A stretch of DNA of 64,000 nucleotides from Takakia lepidozioides (Eukaryota; Plantae; Bryophyta): the NCBI GenBank assembly GCA_030704615.1, contig CM060733.1:12090001-12154000 (forward strand), written 5' to 3'. The translations under genes and the position numbers were made by a program. Shown here one piece after another: positions 44,590-56,189 of this stretch. The notes beneath the pieces were generated by a model. It was given only the letters and a program-made list of their open reading frames with translations. It made no database searches and was not told where the DNA came from. The number at the start of each line of letters is the position of its first letter. Position 1 is the stretch's first letter.

Positions 44590-47035
44590 TACGTATGTCT
44601 GTCTCTTGCTTAAGTGCATCAAGATGGAAGGTCTAGAAGCTGGAAAGCAGGTGCACACTCACATTATCCAAAGTGGATTCACACCAAATGTTTTTCTACT
44701 CAACACCCTTGTCAACATGTATGTTAAGTGCGGGAGCATCGTGGATGCTCACCAAGTGTTCAACAAAATGCCTCAACGATCTTTGATCACTTGATAATGT
44801 TGGCAGGATTTACCAAGCATGGGTGTGGTAGGAATGCTTTGGAGACCTATGAGCAAATGTTGCGCGAAGGGGTGAAGCCTGACCGCATAACGTTGGTTTG
44901 CATTTGTAATGTGTGTGCAAGCCTGGCAGCCCTGGATGCAAAGGGAGTGTTTGACAGTATGGCTGAGCGAGATGTGGTGTCGTGGAGTGCGATGATTGCA
45001 GGAGATGCACAACAATGGGCGGGATGGAGGCTTTGGAGACCTATGAGCAATTGATGTGCCGCATAACGTTTGTTTGCATTTACAATGCGTGTGCAAGCCT
45101 GGCAGCCTTGGAAAGGTGCAAAGAGGTCCATGGTGACATCGTCAAAGCTGGATTTTTCATCTTGAACACTGCCCTGCTGGACATGTATGTGTGAGTGCAT
45201 CGAGGATGCAAAGGGAGTGTTGAACAGTATGGCTGAATGAAATGTGGTGTCGTGGAGTGCGATGATTGCAGGATATGCACAGCAGGGGCGTGGGATGGAG
45301 GCTTTGGAGACCTATGAGCAAATGATGGGGGAAGGGTTGAAGCCCGACCACATCACGTTTGTGTGCGTTTGCAATGCGTGTGCAAGCCTGGCAGCCCTGT
45401 AAAAGGGCAAAGAGGTGCATGGTTGCATCGCCAAAGCTGGAATTGTACCAGATGTGATTCTGAAGTACAATACCCTCGTGGACATGTATGCCAAATGTGG
45501 GAGCATTGAGGATGCGGAGGGAATGTTCAACAATATGGCTGAACAAGATTTGGTGTCATGGAAAGCCATGCTTGCAGGATAGGCACAGCAGGAGCGTGGG
45601 ATGGAGGACTTGGAGACCTATGAGCAAATGATGGGGGAAGGGGTGCATTTGAGGATGCAAAAGGAGTATTTGACAATGTGCCTGAAGGAAATGTGATGTC
45701 GTGGAATGCGATGATCGCATGATATGCCCACAACATGGTTGTGATAGGGAGGTCCTGCAACTATTTGAAGGAATGCAAAAGAACGGCTTGAAGCCGGACA
45801 GTGTTCCATTTATATGTGTTCTCTCTGCATGCAGCCACACTGGCCTACTGAATGAAGGAAGACGCTACTTTGATTCCTTGAGTCAAGATCATGGTGTTAC
45901 TCCGACAGTAAAGCACTTTGGTTGTATGGTGGACCTTCTTGGACGTGCGGGACAACTGGATGAGGCAGTGGATCTGATTAATAAGATGCCAATCAATCCA
46001 GATGTTGTGGTGTGAAAAGCCTTGCTTGGTGCCTGCAGAATCCATGGCAATGTGGAGATGGCTGAACGTGCGGCAACATCCACTACAACAGATCGCGGTA
46101 GTTATGACTGCCAAACCGTGGTAGTCATGGTTTTCATGATTTTGACCATGACTGCACCATGTTTTTATATGAAAGTCGTTCATACGACTGTAGTCATATG
46201 AACGACTATCTAAATAGTCGTCTGTATGACTACATGGCTCCGGAATGGGCGGAAGGCTGGTCAACGGCAATTGACCAGATTTAGCTCACTATTCATAGTC
46301 ATTTCCATGACTACAGTGTACATGGATGAGATTACATAGTCATGATGACTACTGGGGATTTTGTAATTTGGTGTGTATAATACAATTAAAACACCATATG
46401 ATCATATGAATGACTAATAGGTGTATTGGTTAACAGGTAGTGAACTATAACTCTTATAGTAAAGAGGTTGCAGGTTCAAACTCCTCTAAGTACAATCAAA
46501 TGGATAAGATGGTCCTAGGGTTAGTAGGTGAGCTAGGGATAGCACGTGGTACCCTAGATGGATTGCCACGTGGTTTTTTCATTATTATAAAATGCATTAT
46601 GCCACGTGGCACAATGCGGTGCGACGCAGCATTTGACATATGTTTTTATTTTTTTAGTTTTTTAATTTAATTTAATTTTTTAAATCAATTGCACCTCGCC
46701 ACATGGCGCAGCAGCGGCGGCTGCAGTATGGTATATATGACTGCAGTGAGAGATATCACTTGGTTCATATGACTGTAGTCATCCGGACCGTACCATCCTG
46801 TACTCATTGTATTGACTTGGTTTGCATGACTTACAGTCATAGAAGTCATATGTACCGTTTATGACTGCAGAATAATCATATATACAGTCATAAATACCGC
46901 GATCTGTTGTAGTGATCTATCCTCAAGTGGGATGAACATGATGCCGCGACTTATGTGTTGTTATGTCAAACATCTATGCTGCAGCTGGCAGGTGGGATGA
47001 TATTGCAAAAGTAAGAAGAATGATGAAGGTCAGAG
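44590..47035 (+). pseudogene. PLS-class PPR gene with E domain; frameshifted, with stops, and interrupted by a CACTA insertion
   Basis: GKQVHTHIIQSGFTPNVFLLNTLVNMYVKCGSIVDAHQVF, DVVSWSAMIAG, FICVLSACSHTGLLNEG, HFGCMVDLLGRAGQLDEA, ALLGACRIHGNVEMAERAA|...NIYAAAGRWDDIAKVRRMMK. The 5' part is repeated at ~63177-64000. Confidence 0.92.
46081..46914. mobile_element. Complete non-autonomous CACTA (En/Spm) element, 834 bp
   Basis: 30-bp TIRs CACTACAACAGATCGCGGTA(G/T)TTATGACTG (29/30). 3-bp TSD ATC at 46078-46080 and 46915-46917. Many subterminal ATGACT/AGTCAT repeats. Removing it rejoins the PPR E domain. Confidence 0.95.
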
Positions 47036-47340
47036 CACTACAATACAAGCTGGGCTTTTCGACTTTGTATTTGACTCATTTTTGAGTCGTTTGCAACATT
47101 TTTACTCCCAGCCTCCATAGTCGAACATGCGTGACAAAGGTCAAGTCGTTTCAGTCAAGCAGTCGAATCCAGATGCCAGGTTCTGACAGTGAAATGTGAC
47201 AGTAAAATCTAGGGGATGACGTGTAGGCAGCACAGTATGACGTGGATGCGACGTGGCTGTCATGGTTTTAGTCATGGTTATCTAGATTACCTACTTCTAG
47301 TTAACTACGACATTTTAGATATTTATATTTATATTTTGTG
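47036..47340. mobile_element. Probable left end of a second CACTA element, interrupted by the Gypsy insertion
   Basis: PPR homology stops at CACTACAA (47036), followed by AGTCG/CGACT subterminal-type repeats. Right TIR not in the window. Confidence 0.55.
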
Positions 47341-48987
47341 TGTTGGGACTTCATTTGGTCTCACATGTCAAGTGAGGTGTCGAGCCTCACTTGAGACATG
47401 GAGATAGGTTTTCCCCTTGTGAGTGTTGAGGAGGCTCATCTTCTTGTAGTTGAGCCTCCATGAGCTTCTCTCACCTCCATAGCTCTAGGTATTGAGAGGG
47501 AGTGTGTTGAGGGCTTTGTAGGGTGGATTCCTTTAGCAAAGGTGCCATTGGCTTGACTTAGTTTATGTGATAGAGTGGATTTCACTTGGAATGACTAGGG
47601 CTTGTTCTTCATGTGATTGCTTCATGCTTTGAGAGCTTTCATTGTCTTCTACTTCTCTCATTTCTCATCTCTTATCACTATAAGAAGATCACTTTATGCT
47701 TGTGAGTGCGGAGTGTAAGGATTAGTTTTGCACTTGTATTTTAAAGAGGTTGAGAGCTAGGAGAATTTAGCTCTTGTATCACAAGGCTTGCAAGGGGTTG
47801 CAAGGAAAGGTGCTTGAGTATTACATGCACCAAGGAGTTGGAGAGCTTGAGAAGAAAGCTCTTGAGTAACAAGATTTTGCAAGGATTGTAAGGAGGAAGT
47901 CTTGTGTGTGTGGAAGCATGGATTCTAGGGTTTGAGAATCCTTTGTATGCATTATGGAATCGATGGTGTGCGCCATGGCTTGTGGAGAGTGACTAAAGGC
48001 TTGTTAGTGCTCATTTCACTATCAAGCTAGGGTTAAGCAAGTTCAAAGTGTGGATGTTGTGGAAGAGAAGCCAAGGAGCTATATATGTTTGGGCTTGAAG
48101 ACAACAAGGGCAAGCACTTGGAGAGCACTAAGAAGCTCAAGAGGTTTTGAAAGGGAGCATGTGAAGAAATCTTCCAATCATGGTGGTGTGGAGCCAAGCT
48201 TAGGGTGCCATTGGAAGGGCTTGGAGAACACGTGGTGGGAAATCCTTGAAAGGAAATCATCATTCAATGTATGCATAGCTTCACCCTAACTATGTAATGT
48301 GACAAGAGGGGGAGGCAATACTTGGCTATTCATGCTCTTGGTAGTGCGAGCTTTGTGGTGGATAGTTGACCAAGCAAGTGGTGCATGTGTGGAGCATGCT
48401 CGCTTGAGTTTGTAAGTTCAAGTTTGAGAAGGGGAGCTCTTGAACTAGCAAGAGGTGAAGGCCTTTGAGATCCATTTGTGTGTGAAGTGGAGAGGTGTTG
48501 ATTCATGTTATGATGAAGGAGAGCAACACATAGGCCAAGAGGTCATGAAACATGCATTCAAATGACCACGGGGAGCACATGGATGATGGATTGGTGCAAG
48601 ACCCCAAATGAGGCATATGGCGTGAGAGTGGGATCCAAGGCGGATTGCTTGGGAGCATTATTGTAAGTGACAAGCATTGCTCCTACACATTGAGATAATT
48701 TGTGTTGATTTGGAGCAATTGTCAAGTGATGAGGAGACAAATGCATGATTGCTCGGCATTGGAGATATGGTAGTTTGCAATCAAATCCCAAGGACTAGAA
48801 GGGGGATTGATTTGGTGGACAATGACTTGCAAGTTGAGTTGGACCACTCTTGGTTGCACATTGGGGTGGAAGAGAGTAAGAAGATGTCTCTTATGACCAC
48901 CTAGAGACCATATTTTTGCTTGAGTAGAAGCATAGAAGTCAAGGACTTGCATTCTAGCTCTTCATTACAAACCCTAGTAGTGTATGC

Positions 48988-49350
48988 TCAGACTATACCT
49001 CTGTTAGTATACCAAACAGGAGCTTGTCCCTTTGACTATACCTCTGTTGAGGTATCACCATATGTGAACCCTAATGTGAGACTATACCTCTGTTAGTATA
49101 CCAAACAGGAGCTTGTCCATTTTACTATACCTCTATTGAGGTATCACCATATGTGAACCCTAATCAGCTCAGACTATACCTCTGTTAGTATACCAAACAG
49201 GAGCTTGTCCCTTTTACTATACCTCTGTTGAGGTATCACCATATGTGGACCCTAATCAGCTCAGACTATACCTCTGTAAAGGTATCATCAACATAAGGGA
49301 CCCTAGCAACCTCAAGTATATCTCTGTTAAGGTATCAACAGTGTAAGGAC
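48988..49350 (+). repeat. Tandem repeat of ~90-bp units (paired ACTATACCTCTGTT...GGTATCA subunits) inside the putative LTR
   Basis: Units begin near 48990, 49078, 49171 and 49263. A GGAGGATCTTTGGGGTCCTTGGA repeat follows at ~49418-49472. Confidence 0.9.
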
Positions 49351-50098
49351 TTAGTGAAATTTAAGGGCCTTTAGAGGATTGTTTGGAAGATATTTGAGGG
49401 CCCTTGGAAGAGTATTTGGAGGATCTTTGGGGTCCTTGGAGGAGTGTTTGGAGGATCTTTGGGGTCCTTGGAGGACCCTTCGAGGAGCTTTGGTGGACAA
49501 TGTTGAAGAGCTCTTGAAGGATTGATTGAGGGATATTGAAGGATACTTGCCACGGCCATACAAGCGAGTGGATAGAGACAGGAGGGAGAGTAGTGGGATG
49601 AGAGCATTCTGGGGTTAGGAATTGCTTTAGTTTCTCTTCTCCATAGTCTTTCACCCTCTCTGTAGGCCAAAACCTTTCCGTAGGTGGAGGCAAGAGTCAG
49701 TCCGGGTTTGGGCTGGGGTGTCCTTGCAGGAGCGACACTGTGGAGTGTTTTTGGTGTGGGGGAGTTGTTGTCTTGATTTTCTTGTGTTTGGATCCCCTCC
49801 ACACCTGCATGCTTGAGTGTGCACCATGTTAGCTTTGTGTGGGCGCTTGTTTTCATAGGAGGTTGGTCCGGATTTGATCACCGGCCAATCCTAGAGTATG
49901 CTGTCGGTGGTGAGGCTGGAGTGATGACCAGCAAGACCACCAGTGTTTCTTCTATGGTGAGGTTGGGTTGATGACCAGCAGACCATAGGAGTGCTTGCGG
50001 TGGATGCAGGTGCAGGTACAGGTCTACGTTAGAAACCTATTATTCCTGCTTGAACCAGTAGCCGCAACAGGTTCTTTACCCGGTTACCTTGTACAAAG

Positions 50099-50117
50099 TG
50101 GGGATTAGAGACAGGTT
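50099..50117 (+). promoter_or_regulatory. Degenerate primer-binding site resembling tRNA-iMet
   Basis: TGGGGATTAGAGACAGGTT versus the canonical TGGTATCAGAGCCAGGTT; lies 3 nt after a CA and ~30 nt before the gag frame. Confidence 0.55.
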
Positions 50118-50146
50118 GACAACCGGTTGGGTTGTGAGTTTTCATC

Positions 50147-51700
50147 ACGGAGGTGCCACCAGCTGCTGAGGGGAGTGCCAATACAAGCACCAGCGATACT
50201 AGTGGGTACACAAGACAAGGTGTGCGGTTTAGGCCACTTTCACCTTCAGTGTCTTCTGAGGAAGGTTCGGACTCGGAGTAAGGAGGATTCTCGCCGAGGG
50301 TGCAAGTCATTTCCATGCCATTGTTGTGGGACACGATGGAGGAGATGTATGGAGCTACCAAGGGGCCACGTAGGTATTCTGGAGCTATGGGCACCATCGA
50401 GCTTGATGACTTTATACAAGAGTTTGACAGTTGGTGTGATTTGCAGCAAATGCGCAATCCACAACTGTTTACGCCCTTTATGGCGTGGAAGGGGCTATTC
50501 CAGCACCTTGAGGGGCCGCCCATGGATGATTACCATGAATTTAGGCGGGGACATGCGGTGGAGATTGAGGAGTGGCGAGAGTATTGGTCACCTAACTATG
50601 TCTCAATCACTAGAGGCACAAGGGCAGCGGTGACACCAGCAGCTACACAAACATCTCCAACTACAAGCACTAGTAGTGGAACAAGTAGTGCCGACACTTC
50701 TGAAGGTGGTACCAGTTCAAAAGGTGCTACTACTCCTCCTGCCACAATTACAACACATGTGCCTAGATTCAACCCGGTGGTGGAGTTCTTCTAGGAGTTG
50801 CGGAGGAACTACCAAGGTGTACGGACAAAGAAGCTGCGAAGTTTGCAAGACTTCCAGCGCAAATCCAATGAGAGCTTGCGAGAGGCCTACACTCGTATGA
50901 GGCGCTTGATAAGTGTGACCCAACGGGTTACTGAAGCTCAGGCAGTCCAGTTCTGGTATGGAATTTTGGACAAGGAGCTCAAGAGAAGGGTGCGGGATGC
51001 AACCCTGTTACAAGCGGCCCAACCCACATTAGCGGATGTGTTTCTGCTGGCTGAGCGGATTGAGCTCAACATGGTGGAGGAGCGAGTTGTTACCATTGAA
51101 TTTGGCAAGGACATGTCTGCACGAGGTGCAGCTGCCAGCCAACAGGTACAAGAGACTGCCCAACAGCGTGGTCAGGGGGGCAAGGTTGCCCAACCCAAGT
51201 TCCATGGAGCTTACAGGGGACCTCAGGTGCAGAGGCCCGTGGCATCTTTTGCATGCCAACAGCAACCAGGGGTGTTGGACATGTGGAGGACCCCATGTCA
51301 AGAGAGATTGCCCAGAGAGTGGCAGAAGGCCGGCACAAGCACAGCCTGCACAGTTGCAGTGTGGGCATTGTGGCAAGTATGGTCATGGAGATGCCCAGTG
51401 TTATGACTTGCACCCTAAGTTGCGCCCAGGCCAGTTCCAAGGGAACAATGGTGGCCGGGGGCAAGGTGGACCAGCCCAGAGAGGACGAGGTGGTCGGGCA
51501 CGAGGTGCAGGCCAAGGGCAAGCTCAACATGGCCAAGGACGCGGAGGTTAGGGTGTTGACCAAGACATGGCCAACCGGCTTCAACAGCTAGAGCAGAGGC
51601 TCGCTGCCATGGCTACAACTCAGGTGGTACCGGCTCCCAGGCGGGATGGTCCACCTCCTGCTCTTGAGAGAGGAGATATGGAGGCATGGGATTCATGTGC
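50147..51700 (+). pseudogene. gag with two CCHC zinc knuckles; stops and a frameshift
   Basis: LQDFQRKSNESLREAYTRMRRL (major-homology-like region), CWTCGGPHVKRDC, CGHCGKYGHGDAQC, RG-rich tail. Confidence 0.85.
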
Positions 51701-52259
51701 GGAGTAGCACTACCACTAGTGCAGGTGGAGTCTGCTGCAGCCGTGACTTGAGGAGCAGTACGAGTTCCTGAGCCACGAAGTGCAGAGGTGGAATTGGATC
51801 CATAGCGTAGGGAGGCAAGCCGTCAGGCGAGGCTTCCTCAGTCATTCACATTGGCGGAGACAGTGTCGACGCCATCCATGGCACCTAGTTCTCGCCCGAC
51901 TGTTACCAAGGCGGAGGTTACTATGCCATTGGGGAGAGCTACACGTGCAGCACTGACACCTGCTACCAAGGCTAGTGCAGCCGGTGTGTTATTGGGGGCA
52001 GCCACCTCTGTGTGTCAAGCCCCACTGTTCTCGGCAACCATGATTGCGACACCGGGGGTAAGACCAGCTGCAGTGTTCAGACTAGCAGCAACACTCTGCG
52101 AGAGTGGGGAGGTCACTTCATCTTCTGCGGAGTTACTGGAAGGTGTAGTGGCAGAGGGATCCTCGGATTTGAGGGTCAAGACTGCCACGGCTGCGCCATG
52201 GCAAGCTGCAATTGCCAGGTTGATGGAGCTGCCAGCTAGGCCAGCCTTTGAGCGCGCCA

Positions 52260-52680
52260 TGGTGACACCTGGAGTTGTCTTGTTAGACAACCAAGGAGGC
52301 ATTTTCACTTTGAGTGGACTGGCAGGCAAGAAGTACCGGCCACTGCGGGTCTTGTTAGACTCAGGAGCTCAGCCACTGATGTTGGGCAGAACTGCTATTG
52401 CAGGTTTGGGCCTCATGGAGGCGGATATGGAGCCTTGTCATTTCCAGATACAAACATCTCTGGGAGGATCAGAGCAGGCTCGGGGCATGACACGGTGTGA
52501 GTTGGCCATTGGACTATAACCAGATCATCCTGTAGATGGCTCAGTGATGCGAGCCAAGGCCATTGTGATAGACGCGGTCTCTTACGATGTCCTTGTTGGT
52601 GGGGCAGTGTTATATCCCATGGGCTTCACCCTGGACTTTTGGGAGGAGTCAGCATCCTACAGGCCTGGATGGCAGTCAGG
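52260..52680 (+). pseudogene. Retroviral-type aspartic protease
   Basis: VLLDSGAQ catalytic motif and YDVLVG C-terminal motif; in-frame stop at 52517-52519. Confidence 0.85.
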
Positions 52681-53071
52681 GGATGGTCGTCGTGCACAGC
52701 TCCCTGTGACATTCATTGGGGGTATTGCGGCTGCCCAGCGGGGCAAGATGCCAACACTAGCCGCCTTTACAGCTGCAGTTAGTTGGCCTGGAGAGTTGTT
52801 GGAAGGCAATGCCCATGCAGAGGATGTGCCACCTCCAGCAGAGCAGGATGACATGCATGGTACGACGGAGTTGTCTGCCATGGTTGCTCACACTCCATTA
52901 TGGGGTACGAGCAAGGATTTGCAGCAGGCTGCTGATAGACGGGTACAACAAGCCTAGGTAGAGGCCTTCGTACCGTCAGGAGAAGAGGAGAGTGCGGTAA
53001 TTGCACCAGGACCACCTCAGTTGTCGCCATTGGACACCACACCTCTTGTGTGGCAGTGCCCGGATGAAGGC

Positions 53072-54015
53072 ATATGCCTTCTGGACTTGTTTGGCGGGAT
53101 CAGCACTGGATTGGCTGCAGTACTGCAGCCAGGTGTACGAGTTCGACGTTACCTATATGTGGAGAGGGATGAGACTGCATGACACATCTCACTGCGCCAT
53201 GTTGCTCAGTTGGTACAGCAGTACCCTGATTTGTTGCCAGTGTCTGCAGTTCGTGGATACCAACAAGCCTTGCCAGCAGACATTTCGTTGCTGGGGGCGC
53301 AGGATTTGGAGTGGGTTGGCTCCATTGATCTGGTAGTGGCAGGTTGGCCCTGCCAAGGGCATTCATCAGCCGGGCATGGCAATGGATTGCGAGACTCGAG
53401 GACGGGTCTGTTTTGGGAGATGGTGCGGATTTTGCGCCACTTGCAGCTTCATCAAGCTGTATCTCCAGCATACATCTTGGAGAATGTGCCACTGATGGGT
53501 GATTCTCGGGCCAGGGTGATGGCCAGTGTGCATCAAGTCCGGTCGTGGCTTGGGTCAGCAGTGTTGCTGGATGCAGTTGCATTGGGGTCATGGGCTCATC
53601 GTCCACGGCTATGGTGGACTAACTTGATGCCACCCGCACTGCTCAAGCGTGCATTTGATGGGGTGCAGCGGCCAGCACACCTCACAGTGGATAGCATTTT
53701 GGACACAGGGAGGCAGTCTCAACGTGTGAGACACGATGACCGTTCGCCTTTGGCAGTGGTCAACAGGGTGGGTCAACCACGAGCAGCATTACCTACACTG
53801 CTCAGCTTCCCAGGATCCCATGCTTTTCGGGATAGTGGACCTGGCCTCTTGTGGGATAGCCAGTTGCAACAATTAGTGGAGCCCAATGCTGACGAGCGTG
53901 AACGGGCGATGGGTTTTACCACAGGTACCATGGCGGTGCCATCTCTTTCTGAGGCATCACGTCGTCAGGTGTTGGGGCAAGCAATGGATCTCAATTGCTT
54001 GACCTGGATTATCAG
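53072..54015 (+). pseudogene. C5 DNA cytosine methyltransferase domain (DNMT3-like, unpermuted) within the Gypsy pol frame; one in-frame stop at 53180-53182
   Basis: Motifs in order: I LLDLFGGIS, II YVE, III ADI, IV LVVAGWPCQG (PC at 53348-53353), VI YILENV (ENV 53480-53488), VIII RPRLWWTN, IX ERERAMGF, X RRQVLGQAMD. Same reading frame as PR and RT. Confidence 0.93.
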
Positions 54016-54448
54016 CTTGGCTATGGCTGAGCAGCGCAGAGTACGGAGTACACTTCCCTTCATGGTCTCCCTACCTACCGAGACGGTACAGGCAGCGAGT
54101 GGGGGCAAGCAGGTGAGGACCACGAGGTGCAGGCCGCATCCATGGCACACGTGGGAGGTGCTTGAGGTTCAGAAGGAGTTGGCAGCCAAGGCGGCGGTGA
54201 TGGATCAGGTTGGGGATTTTTCTCGGATTGAGGAGGTCCTCAAGGATGGGATGATGGGGCAGGATGAGACATTGTCACTGACAGAGGAGGCAGTGGTCAC
54301 TACTCAAGAGGTTGCAGCATAGCAACCACGGGACGCGTCTTCTACCTCTAAGCTTGCTGGACTCAAGGTTGCAGTCACGGAGGACAACTGGGAGCCTGAT
54401 GTTGGACCTATAGTCACCGGAAGAGAGAGACGACGTATACGGCGGTTC

Positions 54449-55820
54449 TTGAGGGCTTACAGGAACTGCTTTGCCCTCAGTTTGAAGGACTTAGGAGCAC
54501 TGAAGGGTCAAGAGATTCGCATTGAATTGGCTACTGACACGCCAATCTTTCGGAGACCCTATAGATACAGTGACATGGAGAGGTCCTTGATTCAGATGAG
54601 AACTCAGGACCTCTGGGAGGCTGGTTTGGTGGAGCTATCTGGGGGAGAGTATGCTTCAGCCACAGTGATGCCAGCCAAGAAGGATGTCTTTGGCAATTGG
54701 ACGGAGAGACGTATGTGCGGTGATTACCGGCCTGTAAATCGTCAGACCAAGTCCGATAGGTATGCCATGCCAACACCAGAGGAGATCTTTGATGCCATTG
54801 GGCATGCCAAGGTCTTTAGCACGTTGGATTTACGATCCGGATATCACCAGTTGCCGATCAAGGAGGCGGATAAGCAAAAGACGGCATTCTGGGGGATCAA
54901 TGAGCACGGGAAGGATTGCCTATACCAGTGGCGGATCTTACCATTTGGGCTTAAGAACGCTCCGGCAGAGTTTCAGAGAGTCATGGACAGGATTCTAGCA
55001 GGGGTGGAGTTTGCTCGGTGCTACATAGATGACATCATCATCTTTAGTGCTACGGTGGAAGAGCATGAGAGACACCTTCAGGGGGTATTTGAGCGCTTGA
55101 GGGCGCACGGATTGAAGTTACATCCGGGAAAGTGCAAGTTTTTCCACAACCAGATTGAGTATCTGGGTCACATGATATATCCTGGAGGATTGGGGGTACA
55201 GCAGACTAAGGTAGAGTCCATGGCACAGGTTCCACGCCCACGAATGTGAGCCGAGCTCGAACTTTCATTTGGTTAGCAAACTATTATAGACGGTTTGTTA
55301 AGGGATTTAGTGCCATTGCAAAGGCTCTAACCAAGCTGACCAAGGTGGACCAGGAGTGGCAGTGGGAAGATGAGCAAGAACAAGCTTTTCAAGAGCTCAA
55401 GGCGAGGTTGACCTCGGCGCCCATCTTGAGACGACCTATCAGGGGGCGTCCTTTTCAGCTGCATACAGATTGGAGCATGCTGGGGCTTGGAGCGGTGCTC
55501 ACACAGGTGGATGATGAGGGAAGAGAGTTCGTAGTGGCTTATGCTAGCCGCTCGAACAACGTTGCAGAGTCTAAGTATAGCTCATATGAAGGAGAATGCT
55601 TAGCTGCAGTGTAGGCCATGACACACTTCAGGTGCTATCTATACGGCAATCTCTTCACCCTTGTCACGGATCACCAACCACTCAAGTGGTTGATGGAGTC
55701 AGACAAGCTTACGGGGAAGCTTGCACGGTGGGTACTCATCCTTCAAGAGTATGACTTTCAGGTGGTGCATCGACCGGGTTTGGTCAATCGCAATGCAGAT
55801 GGGTTGAGTCGCAATCCATG
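54449..55820 (+). pseudogene. Reverse transcriptase and RNase H; frameshift near 55243, stop at 55612-55614
   Basis: RMCGDYRPVN, FSTLDLRSGYHQ, LPFGLKNAPAEFQR, YIDDII, YLGH; FQLHTDWS, AYASR, EGECLA, TDHQPL, NADGLSR. Confidence 0.95.
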
Positions 55821-56189
55821 CACGAGCCAGCAGGACGACACTTGAGCTCGGTGGCATGGTGAGACGGACGAGGAGATGGTGCCCGGATGGCATGCATCTG
55901 CATTTCTGTGTATCTTGGCAGCGGAAGGCCAGGTTGGACTTGCAACAGGGATGACTATAGATCAAGTGTCTGAGGACCCTGAGGCCAGCAATGAGCAAGG
56001 TGGCGCCAAAGATATACATGAGGATTCAGTTGTGTTGGACTACCTCCGCACTGGAGATACTGCAGCCGTTGTGACTGCCAAGGAGAGGGATCGGATCCTA
56101 CAACGAGCCAAGAGGTTCAAGTGGGAGGGGACACACCTGCTCCGAGTGTGGGAGGATGGTCGAGTGAGGATTGTGCCTCACCCAACACA

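Larger units (their letters stand above)
38273..45413 (+). repeat. Copy 1 (visible matched part) of a near-identical segmental duplication, offset 18,587 bp
   Basis: Sequence from ggaggtaaaatggattaaaac onward recurs at 56860. ORF pairs are offset by 18587 (e.g. 38832/57419). Confidence 0.97.

Noticed and set aside
46420-46490. tRNA-like segment (GGTTCAAACTCC) within the CACTA element
   Set aside because: Only a B-box-like motif; too degenerate to call.
48988-49350. Repeat array superficially like CRISPR
   Set aside because: The intervening segments are themselves repeated, there are no cas genes, and the context is a eukaryotic LTR. It is a tandem repeat.
53072-54015. Host DRM/DNMT3 gene or bacterial restriction-modification MTase contamination
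   Set aside because: It is intronless, unpermuted, lacks UBA/PWWP domains or a neighbouring nuclease, and is in frame with PR and RT with the same decay pattern.
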